A stretch of DNA of 64,000 nt from Sphagnum compactum (Eukaryota), in NCBI GenBank assembly GCA_965153455.1, contig OZ234494.1, positions 7,254,001 through 7,318,000 on the forward strand, in the 5' to 3' direction. The notes beneath the pieces were generated by a model. That model did not search any database and was not told where the DNA came from. It worked only from the letters and a program-made list of their open reading frames with translations. This document shows, piece by piece, positions 1-13,129 of the stretch. Made by a program: the position numbers and the translations under genes. Position 1 is the stretch's first letter. Every line of letters starts with the position of its first letter.

Positions 1-2249
1 CAATCAGCAAAAGATCAATCAGACTTGGGTTCTTTCAAAACAAAATACTTGTGAGCTCGGTGGGGAGCCAATTAATGAGTGTACAACAGTTGCAACAGAA
101 TGGATGAGAAGAAAATTCGGAAAACAAGGTTTCTATGACAATGGGTTTGTGCAAAAGAAGCCACGGGTATAACATGTCCCCGTGACTCCTGCCGTTCTCT
201 CTCTCTCTCTCTCTCTCTCGCGCAAATCCCTCCCTCTCAACCCAAATTTTGCCACTTCCTCTCCCGTCTCTTGTAAGAAAATCCTTCCTTGCTGTCAACC
301 CAATATTGTCACTCTCTCTCCCCTCTCTTGTAAGCAATTTGGGCCTCACTACCAGCTCCAAAAATTTGCCACTCTCTCCTTCTCCCTTCCCTTGTAAGAA
401 ATTTGCTCCTAAATCCCAACTCACAAACAAATTTGCCACTCTTTCTCCCCTCTCTTTCTCCACAAATTTGCTCCTCACTCCCAACTAAGTTTTGGTACTC
501 GCCTCTCCACTTCTGATGTCTTTATAAAACACCGCCTACACCCCTCTCTCTCTCTCTTCTATGTCACCAACAAAATAAAATCACACTCCAATGGCAAAAT
601 CCAAAATAAGTAATATTTTAAGTACGTAACTTACCTGAAAATATATGTTTCAATAATTTATTGTATACTAAGGCCCCAAGAATGCAATATTCCTCTTAGT
701 GGAAAGCCCCAGGGTGGGGGGGGGAAGGGGGAAAGGAATTCCCAAAATAAGGGACCTAGGACAAGGAGGCCATAGCCATGTCCAGCACCACAATTGGGGA
801 ATGCCTCCCACCCATGGACTTTACCCAGCATCAAGTGTGAGAGGCCAAGGATATCATGAACCTAAAAAATATGTCCAAGTTTCAGCGGGGGAGGGGTTTT
901 CATGGACCTAAGGGACCTAGGACGAACGAGGAAACCCTTCAACGACACTTAGGAAATTAAATTTCTCTAAGTGCTTTTTATGTGTAAGGTAAAAACCCTG
1001 GCGTCAAGGACCCCTTATTTCAGGAATGCCTCAGCCTAAGGGCACGCACGGGGGGCATTAAAATGTAAGTGTTTCACATGTAGGGTTAAAGCCCCAAGAG
1101 TGGTTAACATTCTCAAAATAATGGGCCTAGGACAAATAAGATCCATTCATCCCGCTCCTAATGAGTAGGTGCAAGACCCCTCCTCTTTTCTACTTAGGAA
1201 TATTGATGAATTACAAGGTGCCCACCAAACCAAATACGCTACGAAAATTCCTCAGCAAAAAAACTTTTTGGTCTACTTGGAGGACACATTATAAGAAGCA
1301 AAATGTATTCTCCACAAAAGGCATGGTGTTTTATACATGGAGTGTAGGGTAGACCAGCTCATCGTCGATCACCTGCCGATGACTGAACATTTATTTATAT
1401 TTTCATCGTATGTGCTTCATCTCGAGTGATTTAAAATATTATTATGGGAGCGCTACCTCAAGCTTTAGAAATCAGCTTTGAAATGCAAAGGAAAAGGAGT
1501 TATGAAAAAATAACAAGAAGAAAATAAGCTTTTCAACTTACAAAACACGTTTTTTTTGTTTTTCTTTTTTTTTGGAATTTTTTTTTTAAAAAAAAAACCT
1601 CATAACTTTTTTATTTCTTATTCATTTTAAATGATTTTAAAGTGCTATATGAGTGCCACCTGAAGTTCTACAAATCATCTTGGAACTCTAATAGCAATAG
1701 AGCAAACATATGAGGAATGTTTTGGGTGTTTGAGAACTGGCCTTTTTGGTGTTTGGGAACTGGCCTTTTTGGTGTTTGATGGTTTTTTTTTGAGTTCTTG
1801 ACCCCTTTACTTCGGGGGCCCAGAACTTTCTCATTGCTGATATTTTTCACCATCTTGTAATTTAAGTGTTAATCATTATGTTGAAGACCTTTGGATTGAG
1901 GGTCTATTTGTTGATTGTTTAATCTGATGTTAATTATCATGCAGCCAAGATACTGCAAAATCACAAACATTGCATTGCTTTGCAAATTTGTAGTTGGTTA
2001 CCTTCACATAACACCTTGAATTGAAAAAATGTATTGTGAAGTAGGACAAGGGCAATAAAATCATGACATATGATAAATATGGTTCATGTGGTTTATCGTT
2101 TTTCAAAACAATCCTTAAAAAAATGATCACATAGTTTTGTTAAAGAACATTGGCAACACCACATTGACTTGCAAAAGGCGCAAAAAGATTGCACATTAGT
2201 GGATCAAGTGTTAAAACCTTTCATCTAGTTCCAACAAGCCCAATATGGT

Positions 2250-2830
2250 AATGCTATTACTAACTTTTGTGGGTTTGCCAACCCCTAAACCAAAAAGATG
2301 ACTAAAAATCAAGTTTCTTGAGGATCGCATCTTGTATGTAATATATTTCCAATACTTTTATTTTGAAACTTAAGACTTGTACTTCCTTTTCAAAAGAACT
2401 TTGTTGAAGAGGTTATATTTTCCATCACGACCACAATGTTCTCTCTATCGTTGTGTCACCACTTTTAACCACTCCACTCACAATTTTTGAAAGTTTCTAT
2501 TTGGACATGAGCAAATGTAGAGGTGATGTTTTTGCTTTTGTTATCAACTTTTTGAACAATCAATGGGTTCCACTTATAAGTATTACAATAGGCCTTTTTC
2601 AAATGTATGACAATCCATGGACAACCATGGTTGTGTGATTGAAATCTTTGCTTGATAGTTTTCAATTGTTTTGGCATGCAAAAATGAATTTGTCAACAAA
2701 GACAAAAAATATATATGTCAATTGCCATGTTTGATACCTTTCAATTTATTATGTTTGTGAAATTCTAAAAGATTGTACTAAGATCCATGTTTCAAAGGGT
2801 GCTTCTTTTGGGAATGTGAATGGTTTGGTA
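2250..2830 (+). mobile_element. hAT-like transposase remnant
   Basis: SFYLDMSKCRGDVFAFVINFLNNQWVP..ITIGLFQ resembles the hAT first catalytic-Asp region (xFDLWMS...F...W). Heavily degraded. Confidence 0.5.
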
Positions 2831-5329
2831 AAGGCTTTGTTTGTATTCAAGGACAAATAAAGAAAAAATATAGTTCAATAAACAAACATATAGTTTACAA
2901 AACAAAATCCTTTTTCCAAACACGTACTTTTTGTATGGTGAAAAGTTACTGAATTGTGCTTGATCGGGGAAATCAAATGTTTTCCATTTTTTTTCATTTT
3001 GAACTAGCCATTCAAATACTATATTGCAATTGAATAACCCTTGTAAAAGGGCAAACCTTTGGTATATTCTTTAGAAAATAAAAATATTTCTTTAATTCGT
3101 TAAATAAAATTCGAAAGATTTGCAGATTTATGCATTACAGACTCGCACTTTTGAATTGAAATAACATTAAGTATTTTTAAAAGGGTAGTAAAAAACCTAA
3201 AATGCTCAAATCTAGGGCATGTTGATTGGCCCATCACCAAAAAAATTTAATTAAGCTTTAAATATCTTGAAATACTTGTAATCTACTCATTTGGGTTAGC
3301 TAATTTAGGTTACAAGAGTAGAACTTAAGGCAGAGAATACAAAATAAAATGAGGAGCCATTGGGAATACTTTGAGGAACATGTTGTAAACCCATTGGGAA
3401 CTTGATGGGAATGCATTGGGAACAAAAAAATCCCAACTCCCCCACTCTCCTTCAAAACAAAACAAAACACGAGCACGGTAGGTGCATTTTACCTCGCCTC
3501 ATTGGATGTAAGAAATTTGTTTGTCTACTTGTGTTCTTTGTCATTTCTGCCTTAGACTAATGGTAAGGGCATGAATTATGAATGTATATTGAATTATTAT
3601 TTTTTAATTTTTTATTGAATTGCTCAAGTTTCAATTCCTTACAACCATGTTGAATTTGTTATTTCAAGTTATCATTGAATCAATGTTTCAATTTTGTGAA
3701 TCATGTTGAATTAGCATTGTTTTAATTTCTCACTAAACGAATGTTTCAATTCTTCACGATCATATTCAATTGATATTTCAATTCTCACATATAAAAACAC
3801 AAACACGATTCAAAAACTTAATAACACAAATACTATGAACATACAAAAGATTATTTCAACTTTGAACAATTTGGTTGCCTTAACAATACTAAACAATCTA
3901 ACGATCATTGTAATCAACCCAATTACAACACAAGTCACCAAATCAATAGGTCCCCCAAAATCCTAAAATATCTTGGTTTCAAACCTTGAGGGAATTTTGG
4001 GCAACATTACATGGAAGGCAAGTGAACACCTACAAAATTGAGATAGTAGTTTTGAGTCTACATTAGATGGGAAATCTCCAAATTGAATGTCTTTATTTAG
4101 GTAAAATTTGCTTCTTATTTAGTCAACTTTAACATGAGCGGGTGCTTGAGGTTGAAAGACCATTCCTAGGGAGACCCAATTGGCCATGAACTTCTTCTTG
4201 GCCATACTTTTAGAATTGGAGTCCGTGAAGTCAACAAGAAATTATGGCCCTCCATTGGATTCGGAAAGTAGCCAACTTGCCACACAAATTTGTCATTGGT
4301 GAGGGGGAATCAAGTGGGGTTGAGTGTAGGTCCCATGACCCATGTGTTACTATCTCAACTCATCCAATAGAAGTTGTGGTTAAGTGTGGATATCTGCAGT
4401 CCATAAGTACCACCAAGTTATAGGCCCCATTCCAAGCTACTACAAGTAACATTATGTCTATGCATCTATATGCATATGTTTACAATCCACATGGGTTTTT
4501 GTTGATAGATCTAAACAATGAAAGAGTTTTTTAGGAGACTCAAGTTGAACTCGTATAACATCCTAGTCAAAAAAAGGATGTATTGACAACAAGTATGCAG
4601 ATGTAAACCCTAAACCCTAATCCCAACAAATATACACCTATAAGTGGTAGCTATGTATGTAACTGGTCAGAGTGCGTCTGCATAGCCTGATATTTTCCTT
4701 GCCCACCAACTGCCCAATTTGGCCACTAATGGTCCGTATTGTACCAACTTGATATTTTACCTTCCCAACAACTGCCCAATTTGGGCCACGATATGATATG
4801 ATGTACCAAGCTTCAACTCGGGGAATTCCCATCTGTTTTGCACTTGCAGAATTTATGGCTCCTGAATGAATCAAGTGCATTTCTGTAATACAAAACTGAT
4901 AATGTACATAGTGCTTTTGGGCCAGTTCAACACTAATTATATTATTTTCAGACAAGTTGAAGAGATTCATATTTTTTTATGAAGGAAAAATAATGAATCT
5001 GATGGAAGATATTTTTACTTGTCAAAAATCAAATCTTCCCACAATTTTATCGATTGTTTGTTCAACAAACATGTGCCCAAGTTGCCAATGTACTGCAGTA
5101 TTTTTGAATGGTTGAAATTGACAAAGAAATTTTGCAAAGTGAGGTTGTTGTTACTCCAACAATTTCCAAAAGCAATCAGCACCCACTAAAGCCTAATAGC
5201 ATCTATGCTATTGAACACAGGAATCAATCACATGCAAAAGCATTTCAAGTCCACCGAGCATCATCCCATCTGTCTTACAACCAGGGTGGTGAACCAGCAC
5301 CCACGGGAAGACCCATACCTTCATATCTT

Positions 5330-5610
5330 GAGTGAGTGAGGCCTGTATGCGAGGAGGGTTCTTGTAGGCTAGGTGTTCTTTTAGATGTTCGTTCTTGCCC
5401 CTCTCCTTATTTGATATGCTTCTTACAACTTGGGGGGGGGTTCAAGCACTTAATTTGTTCCTGTTCTTTCAGCCATCCATCCTCTTCTCTTTGAGGATTC
5501 TTCATTTGTCAGAACTTGGGTTCTTCCATCCATCTTGTACTTTTTTTTTTCCTCCCCTTTGTTGAGTGCTTTTGTTTTTTTTTAAATGAATGGCAAGGTT
5601 TTCATCATCT
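5330..5610 (+). mobile_element. 3'-terminal fragment of a related CRE-like element
   Basis: Reads ..SCRLGVLL..PLSLFDMLLTT.GG, similar to SSRLGVLLGFSPISLQDLLHATGDG at the ORF end of the 56.6-58.7 kb element. Followed by a T-rich 3' UTR. Confidence 0.55.
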
Positions 5611-5808
5611 TTTAAATGGCACAATTAGACCTAACAAACACCTTTGTTGGGTGCTTTTGTTTTTTTTATGAATGGCAAGGTTTTCATCATCTTTTAAATG
5701 GCACAATTAGACCTAACAAACACCTTTGTTGGGTGCTTTTGTTTTTTTTTTTATGAATGGCAAGGTTTTCATCATCTTTTAAATGGCACAATTAGACCTA
5801 ACAAACAA
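5558..5808. repeat. Tandem repeat, about 85 bp x3
   Basis: Unit TTGTTGGGTGCTTTTG(T)nATGAATGGCAAGG...GACCTAACAAACA repeated three times, nearly identical. Confidence 0.95.
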
Positions 5809-7371
5809 ACAATTGGTTAGATTTGGACTCAGAGACACCCTGATTTAGTGTAGGTGTGAGGATATTTATATAAGATTTAGAAGCAATTCATTCAGATGAA
5901 TTTTAGCTTTCCATGGTGCGTGCCCTTGTGGGCTGGTTCACTCCGACCGCACAACACACATGAGCAAATAAGACTTTAATACTATAAAATGTTTGTCGTA
6001 TGTGAGGTTCTTGTTTTGTCCTGCTTGAGGTGAGCAGACTGACGAGGCAGCTTGGCCAAGTTCCCTTGTCTTTTGGCAACATTACAAGCTCGTGTTACTG
6101 CTGCCAAACAAACTGAAAGAGAGAGAGAGAGCAAAGAATCAAGCAATCTCCCTCCCTATTACTCTGGAGACCCACTGTTCAGTGTTGTTGCAGGCATGAA
6201 AATCTGTAGCTTCTATATTTTCATCACATAAAATCAATCTTTTGAGGCTGTAATTGACTTCGTACGCACACTTATATCGTTTTTGCACCACACATCCGAA
6301 GTTTTGCACATGATTTTGGTTTTTCATGCAGCCAGCCAGCCGGACAAAAAGTTAGAGCACCCCCCCCTTTGGTCCATCATTGGAGAAGAGAATTTTGAAT
6401 TTGCATTCGAAATTGCGGCCAATTCTCCTGTCATCGATTTTGCTTCTAGACCCTTTCTTTTGTCGTAAGGAGGCCATTTTTGCTTTTTAGACGCTTACTT
6501 TTTAACCCCCCAAGAATACCTGTGAACGCAGGATTCTGCTACATACCCATCACTAGGGTAGCCGAGTATGTCGTTTCTGGTCCTGTGGGGAGGCCGTCAT
6601 CGGGAGATTCCGGTAAGTAGGTCCTCAATTGTTGCTTTTTATTTTTGCCCCCCACCCCCCAACCCCCCCCCCCCCCACTTCTTGAGATTTGATTTTTCCC
6701 AGCTTCAGCTGGGTTTTATGGTAGGCCGGTTTTTGCTCACCAAATAAATGATGAACGCGGGCCAAGTTGTAAAAGTTTGAACTTCCATACCATACTAACT
6801 TGGCACCGTTGACACTAATTATACATTATTCAGTCACGAGAAATATTGAACTTTTCCGAACAAAAATATTTTTGCCCCAAAAGAAAAATATTTTTGTGAA
6901 GGAAAATAGAGAATCTAGTTTTACAAAAAAAAAAAAAATTTAAATTCTAGGATGTTATATTTTCAACATGAAATCTTTCAAAATAAAATAATTATTCAAC
7001 ACTGAACTATTGAACTTGCCATGGTACGTACGAAGGCACCCAAAGTAGGTAGCTATTTAGGTAGTAGGTATATATATAAAATACGTATGGTCCATGGCAA
7101 CCTGGTGGGCCTCCAACTAAGCCCTTGCAAAAGTATAGATTTCGTTGAAAATCAAAACAAAAAAACAAGTGAAGACAGCCTCTAGTTTGTGAAACCAACT
7201 AGTGTTGTTATTGGTCGGAATTTGCTGTTTCTCTTTCTCCTAACCTATAGGCCCCAGTATTGTCGAGATGCACCCAATTTGCACACCCATTAATTAGACC
7301 CAGATGCGCTCCCACTTTCCCGTCAGCAAATTTCAAAACAAATGTTTAAAATATATTATTGTTCAGGCATC

Positions 7372-7610
7372 ATTACATATAGTAAAGGACGTCGGGATGA
7401 AAAATGAAGCTTCCCCTGAATTCATCCCATCGTCCATCCGTCCCGTCGTCCCTCTGTCCATCCGTCTGATCGTTCATGCGAATCATCGCCCTGAAAGCTC
7501 CGAGGTTGTCGACTGGACACCATCCCTCTACTGAGTCTGACATTGGAGCTTTCTGCCCACCAAGAATGGGAAGGAAATAAACTAAGAATGGCCCTCCATC
7601 CATGTCCCTA
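7372..7610. repeat. Dispersed repeat family; inverted copies at about 11820-11893, 11897-12136 and 22355-22436
   Basis: Shared terminus TTACATATAGTAAAGGACGTCGGGATGAAATGAAGCTT and shared body (CCGTCC motifs, TTCTGCCCACCAAGAATGGGAAGGAAATAAAC, CCTCCATCCATGTCCCTATTTA). Confidence 0.85.
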
Positions 7611-8619
7611 TTTAAAGATACATCATCATCATCATCAATTGTAAAGGAGTATGTAATTGAAGGGATATTTCACCCCTTCCTTCCTGGCTATGACAAAGGC
7701 ATTATATATGCACTTCCAATTTATTTGACCGAACAAAAAGGCCAATATTAGGGAACCACATTGGGAACACAGTGAGAATTTCAGGAACCTGATGGAGAAC
7801 AGGTTCCAAAATGGATGGATGGGAACACTGTGGGAACAGACCCCAAAAAAAAAAACCCAAATCCCCTCCATTTCCCCCCTCCCCTCCCCCCCCCCAAAAA
7901 CCCAAAACCCAAAACCCAAAAGAAAAAAACTAAGTCCCCCTCGAGTGCATGTTGTCCATTCACATTGGCTGCATGAAATTGAAGAACCCATAAAAAGTTA
8001 AAACAAAGTTGGAACCAAATTTATAATTCTTTGATGCATGCAGACTCTGGAAGTTGCACAAAAGTGAGGGAGGGATTTTAGGCATGTGCATGCTATTAGC
8101 ATGAATATTATTGGGTTAGCCTAAAACTCTAAAACCCTAAACCTCAACTGAGTTAATATTTGGTTTCACCTTGGTAACCAATTCGAGGAAATAGGTCTCA
8201 TATGTAGGTACATAGTAGGTTGAATAATAGTTAACTACTAGGTAGGTAAGTAGATGGTTTATACATAGGGAAGGACTGTTTTTACTACCTACCTAATATC
8301 AACCTGCTTGTGGCTCAGTGGGTTGTTATTAGGTAGGTAGGTAGGAGAAAAGAGGTAACTAAGCTAACCACCATGGTTAGCTAAGGAACTGGAACCCAAC
8401 AGAGAACTGTTCCCTCATCACTTACCATTCATCCTTCATGGTGGGCCAGAGTGAACCAACAGCCCCCATGACTCCACCAGTTGGCCGTTCTGTCCATAGG
8501 ATGGGGCTGTTTTTCATCTGCCTCTTTACCCTCCGTTTGCCAACATTCAACTACAGTCAATCTTTGTTGGTTGCCGACCTTTGATCATTTTTTTCGGTTG
8601 CTAATTTTTTCTCAACCCT

Positions 8620-9440
8620 TACCTACCTTTTATCTTTTGGCAAAACATATATTTATTTTAGGCTAAACATTTATCTCTTGTTGGTTAAATTCCTATCTCT
8701 TCTTGGCTAAATTTTTATTTCTTGGCAAAACTCATATCTCTTTTTGACTAAATTTTTATCTCTTGACAAAACTTTTATCTCTTCTTGGTTAAACTTTTAT
8801 CTCTTGGCGAAACCTATATCTCTTCTTGACTAAATTTCTATTTCTTAGCAAAACCTAAATTTCTTATTGGTTAAATTTATATTTTTCTTGGTTAAATTTC
8901 TATTTTTTTCTTAACTAAATTTTTATCTCTCAACAAATCCTATATATCTTATTGGCTAAACTTCTATCTCTTATTAGCTAAACTTTTATCTCTTAACAAA
9001 ATCTACATTTCTTTTTGCTTAAACTTTTATTTCTTATTGGCTAAATTTTATTTTTTCTTGGCTAAACTTTTTTTTCGCAAAACCCTTTTTTGGCTAAAAT
9101 TTTATCTCTTCTTGGTTAAACTTTTATCTACTTTTGTCTAAACTTTTATCTCTTGGCAAAGCCTTTATCTCTTCTTGGCTAAACTTATATCTCTTGCTAG
9201 TTAAACATTAATTTTTTTTTTATTAAACTTTTATCTCTTGGCAAAATTTATATCTCTTATTGACTAAATTTATATCTCTTCTTGGTTAAACTTTTATCTC
9301 TTCTTGACTAAACTTTTATCTCTTCTTAACGAAATTTTTATCTCTTATCAAAACCTCTATCTCTTTTTGGTTAAACTTTTATTTCTTGGCAAAACCTATA
9401 TTTCTTCTTGACTAAACTTTTATCTTTTGACTAAATTTAT
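8620..9440. repeat. Degenerate 20-22 bp minisatellite (AAACTTTTATCTCTTCTTGGCT); inverted copy at about 25055-25315
   Basis: Dozens of imperfect units visible; the reverse-complement array AAAGGTTTAGCCAAGAAG occurs at 25 kb. Confidence 0.85.
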
Positions 9441-10609
9441 TTCTCTTTCTCCAATTTTATTGCCTTTTTCTTGTTATAATTTTTTTTTAATTTTTTTTAA
9501 AAATCATGAGTCTAGTTTCTTTATTTTTCTTTTGATTATAACAAAATTTAGAACTATCATTGTATTTTTTTTTATCACTGAAGGTGGATATTTTATGCAC
9601 AACATTTGGGTATTGCCTGAAACATAAGAAATCCAACCAAGAATTTATGCTTCAAATGCAAATATTGCATAGTTTTTTTTTTTCCCCTTATTTTAAGTAT
9701 TTTTCATCACAATGGCAAAACTATGGCTGAAGGTATTGCATACATTGGACCGATCATGATGTGATGAGACTTGAATGACAATGAACCAAGTTTCCATAAT
9801 ACCCTCATGTTGAGATGGGGCACTTATTATAGAATTGAAATGCAAATAACCCAAGTCCTTACAATTCCCATGTCATTTTTGCTACCAATTATATTTAGAC
9901 CATAGAAAGGTTGGAAGATGCAAATATTGCAAATACTTTCTCATCCACCACCTAGGTTAGGGCAACTTATATCCACATTGTCAATATCTATACAAATGTT
10001 TAAATTTAAGTCAACATAATTTCCTACGCAATCCATTGCATCAACCCTAAATTATGTAAACATTTGAACTAATGGAGTTTTAACCCTCATCTAGAAATTA
10101 AATAGTTTCATACAAATGACCAAAAAACCCTTAACCTAATTTGTAAATTTTGTTTGCATAAACCATAAATAATGGATACATAGGCTTACATTTGAGAAAC
10201 TAAGCACAACTATACAAATCAACCCTAAAATATTGAATTAAGACCTTTTTATGCAACAAAAAATCCCTACATTGACCTTCAATTAAATAAACACAAAAAG
10301 AATTAGTTACATAATTTTAATGCTACATTTTTTTACAACTAAGTGTTCAATTTAATTTTGAAATTATTTTTGCATAACCTTAAATTGTGTTCAAACTATA
10401 AACATTGAATACATAATTGTATTAAAAATATGAAACAATTTATATAAGTACCAATAAAACTTGTGCTTCAAACCTAATTTGGGGGGAGGAACCCCAACCT
10501 TTAATTAAATGTAAACAAAACAAGTAGGAAGGTTTATATCATTCACACCTTTGCCATGGAGTCACTTTCATTCTCCTCTCTTTTAGTAGATGAAAAAAGA
10601 TTCAATGGA

Positions 10610-10930
10610 AAGATGGAGTGTCTCCCCCTTTGGCCCTCCTATATAGGTGAGAATGGGGAGGACTTTGGGCAAAACATATAGGATTATAGCGAGGTGCTAT
10701 TGGAAACACCCTTGGGAAACCCATGTGGGAACTTGAAGGGAACATGTTGGGAACAAAGGAAAAAAAAGAAAAAAAAAACCCTCTCTCCTCCTCCCCCCCT
10801 CCCCCCCCCCCCCCCCCCCCAAAACTTAAAAGAAACAAAATCAATGCACTTTGAGTGCATGCTGAGCCTTCCCATTGACTGCATGAAATTTCTATTTCCA
10901 AAACTGTTCATCACCATTTTTGGCCTGGGC
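10610..10930 (+). repeat. Dispersed GGGAAC-rich repeat family; other copies at about 3200-3580, 7750-7980, 50370-50660 and 55490-56330
   Basis: Shared ATTGGGAAC arrays, poly-A then poly-C tracts, and CTCATTGGCTGCATGAAATT-like motifs. Confidence 0.75.
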
Positions 10931-13058
10931 TGACGCAGCCAAAGATTGTTCTTTCACAACCTTACTAGTTTGAACCCCGTGCCTAATGCACAGGTGCGTT
11001 ATTTCAACAATGTTTGGTTCATGTTTTAGTTTTTTTTTAAGCTTTTATTTTTTTTATTTTTTATTTTTATGTGTTTTCTATTTTAATTATTATTTTGTAT
11101 AATAAAAGTAAAGTGTTTCTTTTTTCACTTTTGTATTTTTGTTTATTTGGATGCAAGTTTGAAGTTTGGAGAAAGAAGATACACCTCATTCTTTTTCAAG
11201 TAGGGTTTTTCTTCATTATTATAAGTTTTATTTTTTCTTATTTTCTACTCTTTATTTGGTTTCTTCTTTTTTTGTAATTTTTTTCTTTTAAAATGATTTT
11301 ACTGTATTTCCCTTTCCTTGTTTCATTCCTTTCCATTCCATTTTTATAGTTTTTGTGTTTTTACTTTTTTTTGTTTATGTTTGTTTCATGTTTTAATTTT
11401 TTCTATTCTTATTTTGTCTATCTTCATTTTTAAAATATTTTTATGTGTTTATTTATTTATTTAGTTTCTATTTTCTTTTCCAAAAAAATTCTAGTTTTTC
11501 TAATATGTTTTATAATAAAAAAAATTTAAAAAACTTTTTTATTTTTGTTTGATTAGATGCAGGTTTGAAGTTTGGAAAAAGAAGACAAACCTCATTTGTT
11601 TTTCAGGTATGGTTTTTTTTCTCTTTCTTTTGCTCTTTGTTTTGTTTCTTATTTTTTGTCATCTATTTTTGAATTTTCTTTTAAGATTATTTTACTGTAT
11701 TTCCTTTTTTTTTCATGTTAAAGTGTTTACAAAAAGTTTCTAATTGTTAAAGTGTTTTTCTGTTTTTATTTTATTCTAGTTTTTTCCCTTTTTAAAATAT
11801 ATATTTGTTCTGTTTGGATGGATGACGGGGTGGATGACAGACGGATGGATGGATAGAAAGCTTCATTTCATCCCGACGTCCTTTATTATATGTAACTAAA
11901 TAGGGACATGGATGGAGGGTCATTGTTGGTTTATTTCCTTCCCATTCTTGGTGGGCAGAAAGCTGCAGTGTCAGACTCAACAGAGGGATGGTGTGCAGCT
12001 GGCAACCTCAGAGCTTTCAGGGTGTCAATTCGCATGGACAACTGGACGGATAGACAGAGGGATGACATGACGAATGGACGACGGGACGGATTCAGGGGAA
12101 GCTTCATTTCATCCCGACGTCCTTTCCTATATGTAATTAGGAGGACTATTCATTCTTACGGGCACAAAAGAGGGCATGCAACTTGCCTGCTTAAATAAGG
12201 TACATAGCCTATGTGGTAGGTAGATAGATGCCTCAGATGAATTTGGCCTCTCTCTTGTCTCCACTAACGTCTACTCCTATTAACTCAAAAGAAGGAGATG
12301 CCTATTTGGACTCCTTGAAAGACCCCACGCCCCAAACAAAAAAAAACAATAGACTTTGCAGAGTGGAGTAGCAGTGCTGATTGTATCTGTAGTACATTGT
12401 AGACCCCTAACCTCTTCTAAGGCCTGTGTAGTGGGCCTTGTAGGGCAGATTTGAGCATGGTAGCCCTCACAAAAGGGTCCCTTAGCCAGTGAGGGAGGGC
12501 TTCCCTAGCCAAAGAATCAGTGATAGAGGGCCCTCCTACCCCACCCTCTGCTATGTATGATGGTAAGTTGTGGGGGGGTGGGGGGGGAGGGTGGGGACAC
12601 TCTGAATATCCTTTGGAGAAGACAAGGGGAATCTGGTGGTGCATGTAGTTAGTAGCTCCCTCACTACTTTTGAAAGCTGATGTCATAAAGGGGTCCACCC
12701 TGATTCTGAAGGCATGTGCATAATTTGACAGACTCTTAGAATTAGAGGTCACTGGCAGCCCTGTAAAGTATGCTGGTGGGAGGGTAGCCAATCCTAGCCT
12801 GTCTTGAGCCTTCTTGGCTGGTCTGTTTTTTGTGCATTGCATCCTTTTCTTTGTGTACTAGGCTAGAGAGTGGGCTGTATAGACAGACCGTGGTTTCTGC
12901 CAAGTAAGCATGCACTTGCCGAGCCTCAGGCAATGGCTGGGCTGAGCTGAGCCCCATAGGCCTTGCCTTGGCAAGCCCTGATTTTAACATTTTAAAATCT
13001 TATTTTGATTGAACTAGCCTTGGGCAGAGTAAGGAAATTGCCTCCAAAGAATCCAATC

Positions 13059-13129
13059 CACCGCAGCATGCTGATCTGCGATTACTAGCGATTCCAACTT
13101 CATGTTCTCGAGTTGCAGAGAACAATCCG
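13059..13129 (-). pseudogene. 71-bp fragment of a mitochondrial/alphaproteobacterial-type SSU rRNA (3' major domain)
   Basis: Minus strand CGGATTGTTCTCTGCAACTCGAGAACATGAAGTTGGAATCGCTAGTAATCGCAGATCAGCATGCTGCGGTG is the conserved 16S-type region near E. coli positions 1300-1370. Flanks are unrelated. Confidence 0.9.

Noticed and set aside
35-1360. Short ORFs of 60-149 aa (also 4638-4970 and 12417-12990)
   Set aside because: They come from low-complexity or repeat sequence, with no recognisable domain or splice structure.
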